A stretch of 64,000 nucleotides of DNA, taken from NCBI GenBank assembly GCA_965202585.1, contig OZ241829.1, forward strand, positions 73,656,001 to 73,720,000, in the 5' to 3' direction. A program made the translations under genes and the position numbers. This DNA comes from Thalia democratica (Eukaryota). Shown in pieces: positions 62,810 through 64,000 of the stretch. Position 1 is the first letter of the stretch, and each line of letters begins with the position of its first letter. A model generated the notes under the pieces. That model ran no database searches. It had not been told where the DNA came from and was given only the letters and a program-made list of their open reading frames with translations.

Positions 62810-62966
62810 AATCGACCAGTTATTATCCGGAACTATCCTACAATGAAAATAAACGAAGATTTTTTCAGTGCTCATAAGAAGAATTCTCAAGCTCATACTT
62901 CTTCCAAATGCGTCTACACTTCAAGCAATATGCCTACTTTTGTTCAAAGTAGATTGCAGAAAGAAG
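62810..62966 (+). CDS. Uncharacterised protein, exon b (NRPVIIRNYPTMK…SRLQKE)
   Basis: ctttatcag acceptor (phase 0) and G|gtgag donor (phase 1). Confidence 0.85.
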
Positions 62967-63275
62967 GTGAGATTTTATTTACAAATTAGTTGTGTGGTTA
63001 GGTTTTTTAGAAGTTTCGAACTTTTTATAACTACTTGATCTTTTTATCAATTTTTTAAAGTTCATATGTGCAAATTTTTTTTAGTTATATCTAGTGACTA
63101 ATGCTTATAATCAACACTTGGTAACAATGTTTCTTTGATTTTGTTATGTATTAAAACAAATAAGCATGATTTTTGCTAATACACTAGCTTCATGTAAAAG
63201 TAGCTGATAAATATTACAAAACAATATAGTTTTCCATGTATTTACAAACTATATTTTGTTGCACTTTACTATCAG

Positions 63276-63497
63276 ACCACTACCAAATGAGTACAACCAC
63301 TGCTGGCACGATGCCAATTCATGAAGTGTACATTTCAACACCTGAGGGCACCATAACCCATTCAGGAAACAAAGTTCCGTTTGTGTTGAGGGAACAACAG
63401 AAAATAACAAAGTACAACTGTCGATCAAATCAAAACTCATCCAGAACACCAATCAGTTTTTCTGACAATTTAGAAATGAGCTCTAGGCCAGCTAATA
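63276..63497 (+). CDS. Uncharacterised protein, exon c (DHYQMSTTTAG…EMSSRPAN)
   Basis: atcag acceptor (phase 1) and A|gtcagt donor (phase 1); the donor is inferred from phase. Confidence 0.7.
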
Positions 63498-63664
63498 GTC
63501 AGTTGCTTTTTTATAATTGTTTATAAATATTGTGTTGAGTAATTCTTTGTTTGTTTCAATGTTTAGACTTGTTTCAAGTGTTTCTATCATTAATGCACCA
63601 TATATGTATTTAATAGACTGACTAAAAAATGTCTGTTTTTTGGCTGAAATTATTTTACTTTCAG

Positions 63665-63745
63665 CTTTCAACGCAAACGACGAGATCCAGTTGGGAGAAG
63701 ATGCTAAGAGTTGGAACAAAAGAAGCCGCAGAATTCGTAACAATG
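63665..63745 (+). CDS. Uncharacterised protein, exon d (TFNANDEIQLGEDAKSWNKRSRRIRNN)
   Basis: tttcag acceptor and G|gtcagt donor, phase 1-1. Confidence 0.8.
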
Positions 63746-63919
63746 GTCAGTTGTTGTTTTTATTATTAGTCATAGTTGTTTGTAAAAATTTATATCAAGT
63801 TTGATTTTGTTGGTTTATTTGTTTTAAATGATTTTACCATAAACTTATATGTTTTTAAAAGACTTATTACGAAACATTTGTTAAGTTATTTTGTTGGCTA
63901 AAGTTACTTTTACTCTCAG

Positions 63920-64000
63920 GTTCAAACGCAAAAGGCCAGATCAAGGCAGCTCACCAAGTAGAGGCATACACTGGGAGCAGAAAGAAGGGGATCAAAAGAA
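63920..64000 (+). CDS. Uncharacterised protein, exon e (GSNAKGQIKAAHQVEAYTGSRKKGIKR…, runs off window)
   Basis: ctctcag acceptor; the frame is continuous with exon d. Confidence 0.8.

Noticed and set aside
62810-62850. JmjC-domain assignment from RPVIIRN
   Set aside because: No HxD/E...H iron-binding motif or cupin pattern follows, so the match is too short to support a name.

Overview
AT-rich eukaryotic (animal) genomic DNA with GT-AG introns. A tunicate-like genome is a guess, based on AT content, very short introns, TGACGTCA-rich repeats and hAT/foldback MITEs; the organism cannot be proven from the window. Positions 1-52 kb are a patchwork tandem array of about a dozen related cassettes, mostly read on the minus strand. 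Recurring parts are: a conserved CRE/YY1-motif block, an exon plus a 23-nt microexon, an internal exon ending in ACT-CCA-A|gtaagt (11 copies), and a hydrophobic terminal-exon-like segment bracketed by inverted 40-bp TGACGTCA repeats. Most copies carry stops or frameshifts, so this looks like a birth-and-death family of small (possibly membrane) protein genes or spliced non-coding units. Positions 1-12.5 kb recur at about 26.8-38.4 kb. hAT/Buster-type non-autonomous transposons with 8-bp TSDs, foldback MITEs and minisatellites are interspersed. Positions 58-60.5 kb hold four copies of a ~200-bp conserved element. Positions 62.1-64 kb contain five phase-consistent plus-strand exons of a protein I cannot identify. 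No rRNA, tRNA, snRNA or CRISPR array was recognised. All alignments were done by eye, and coordinates of diffuse repeats are approximate.
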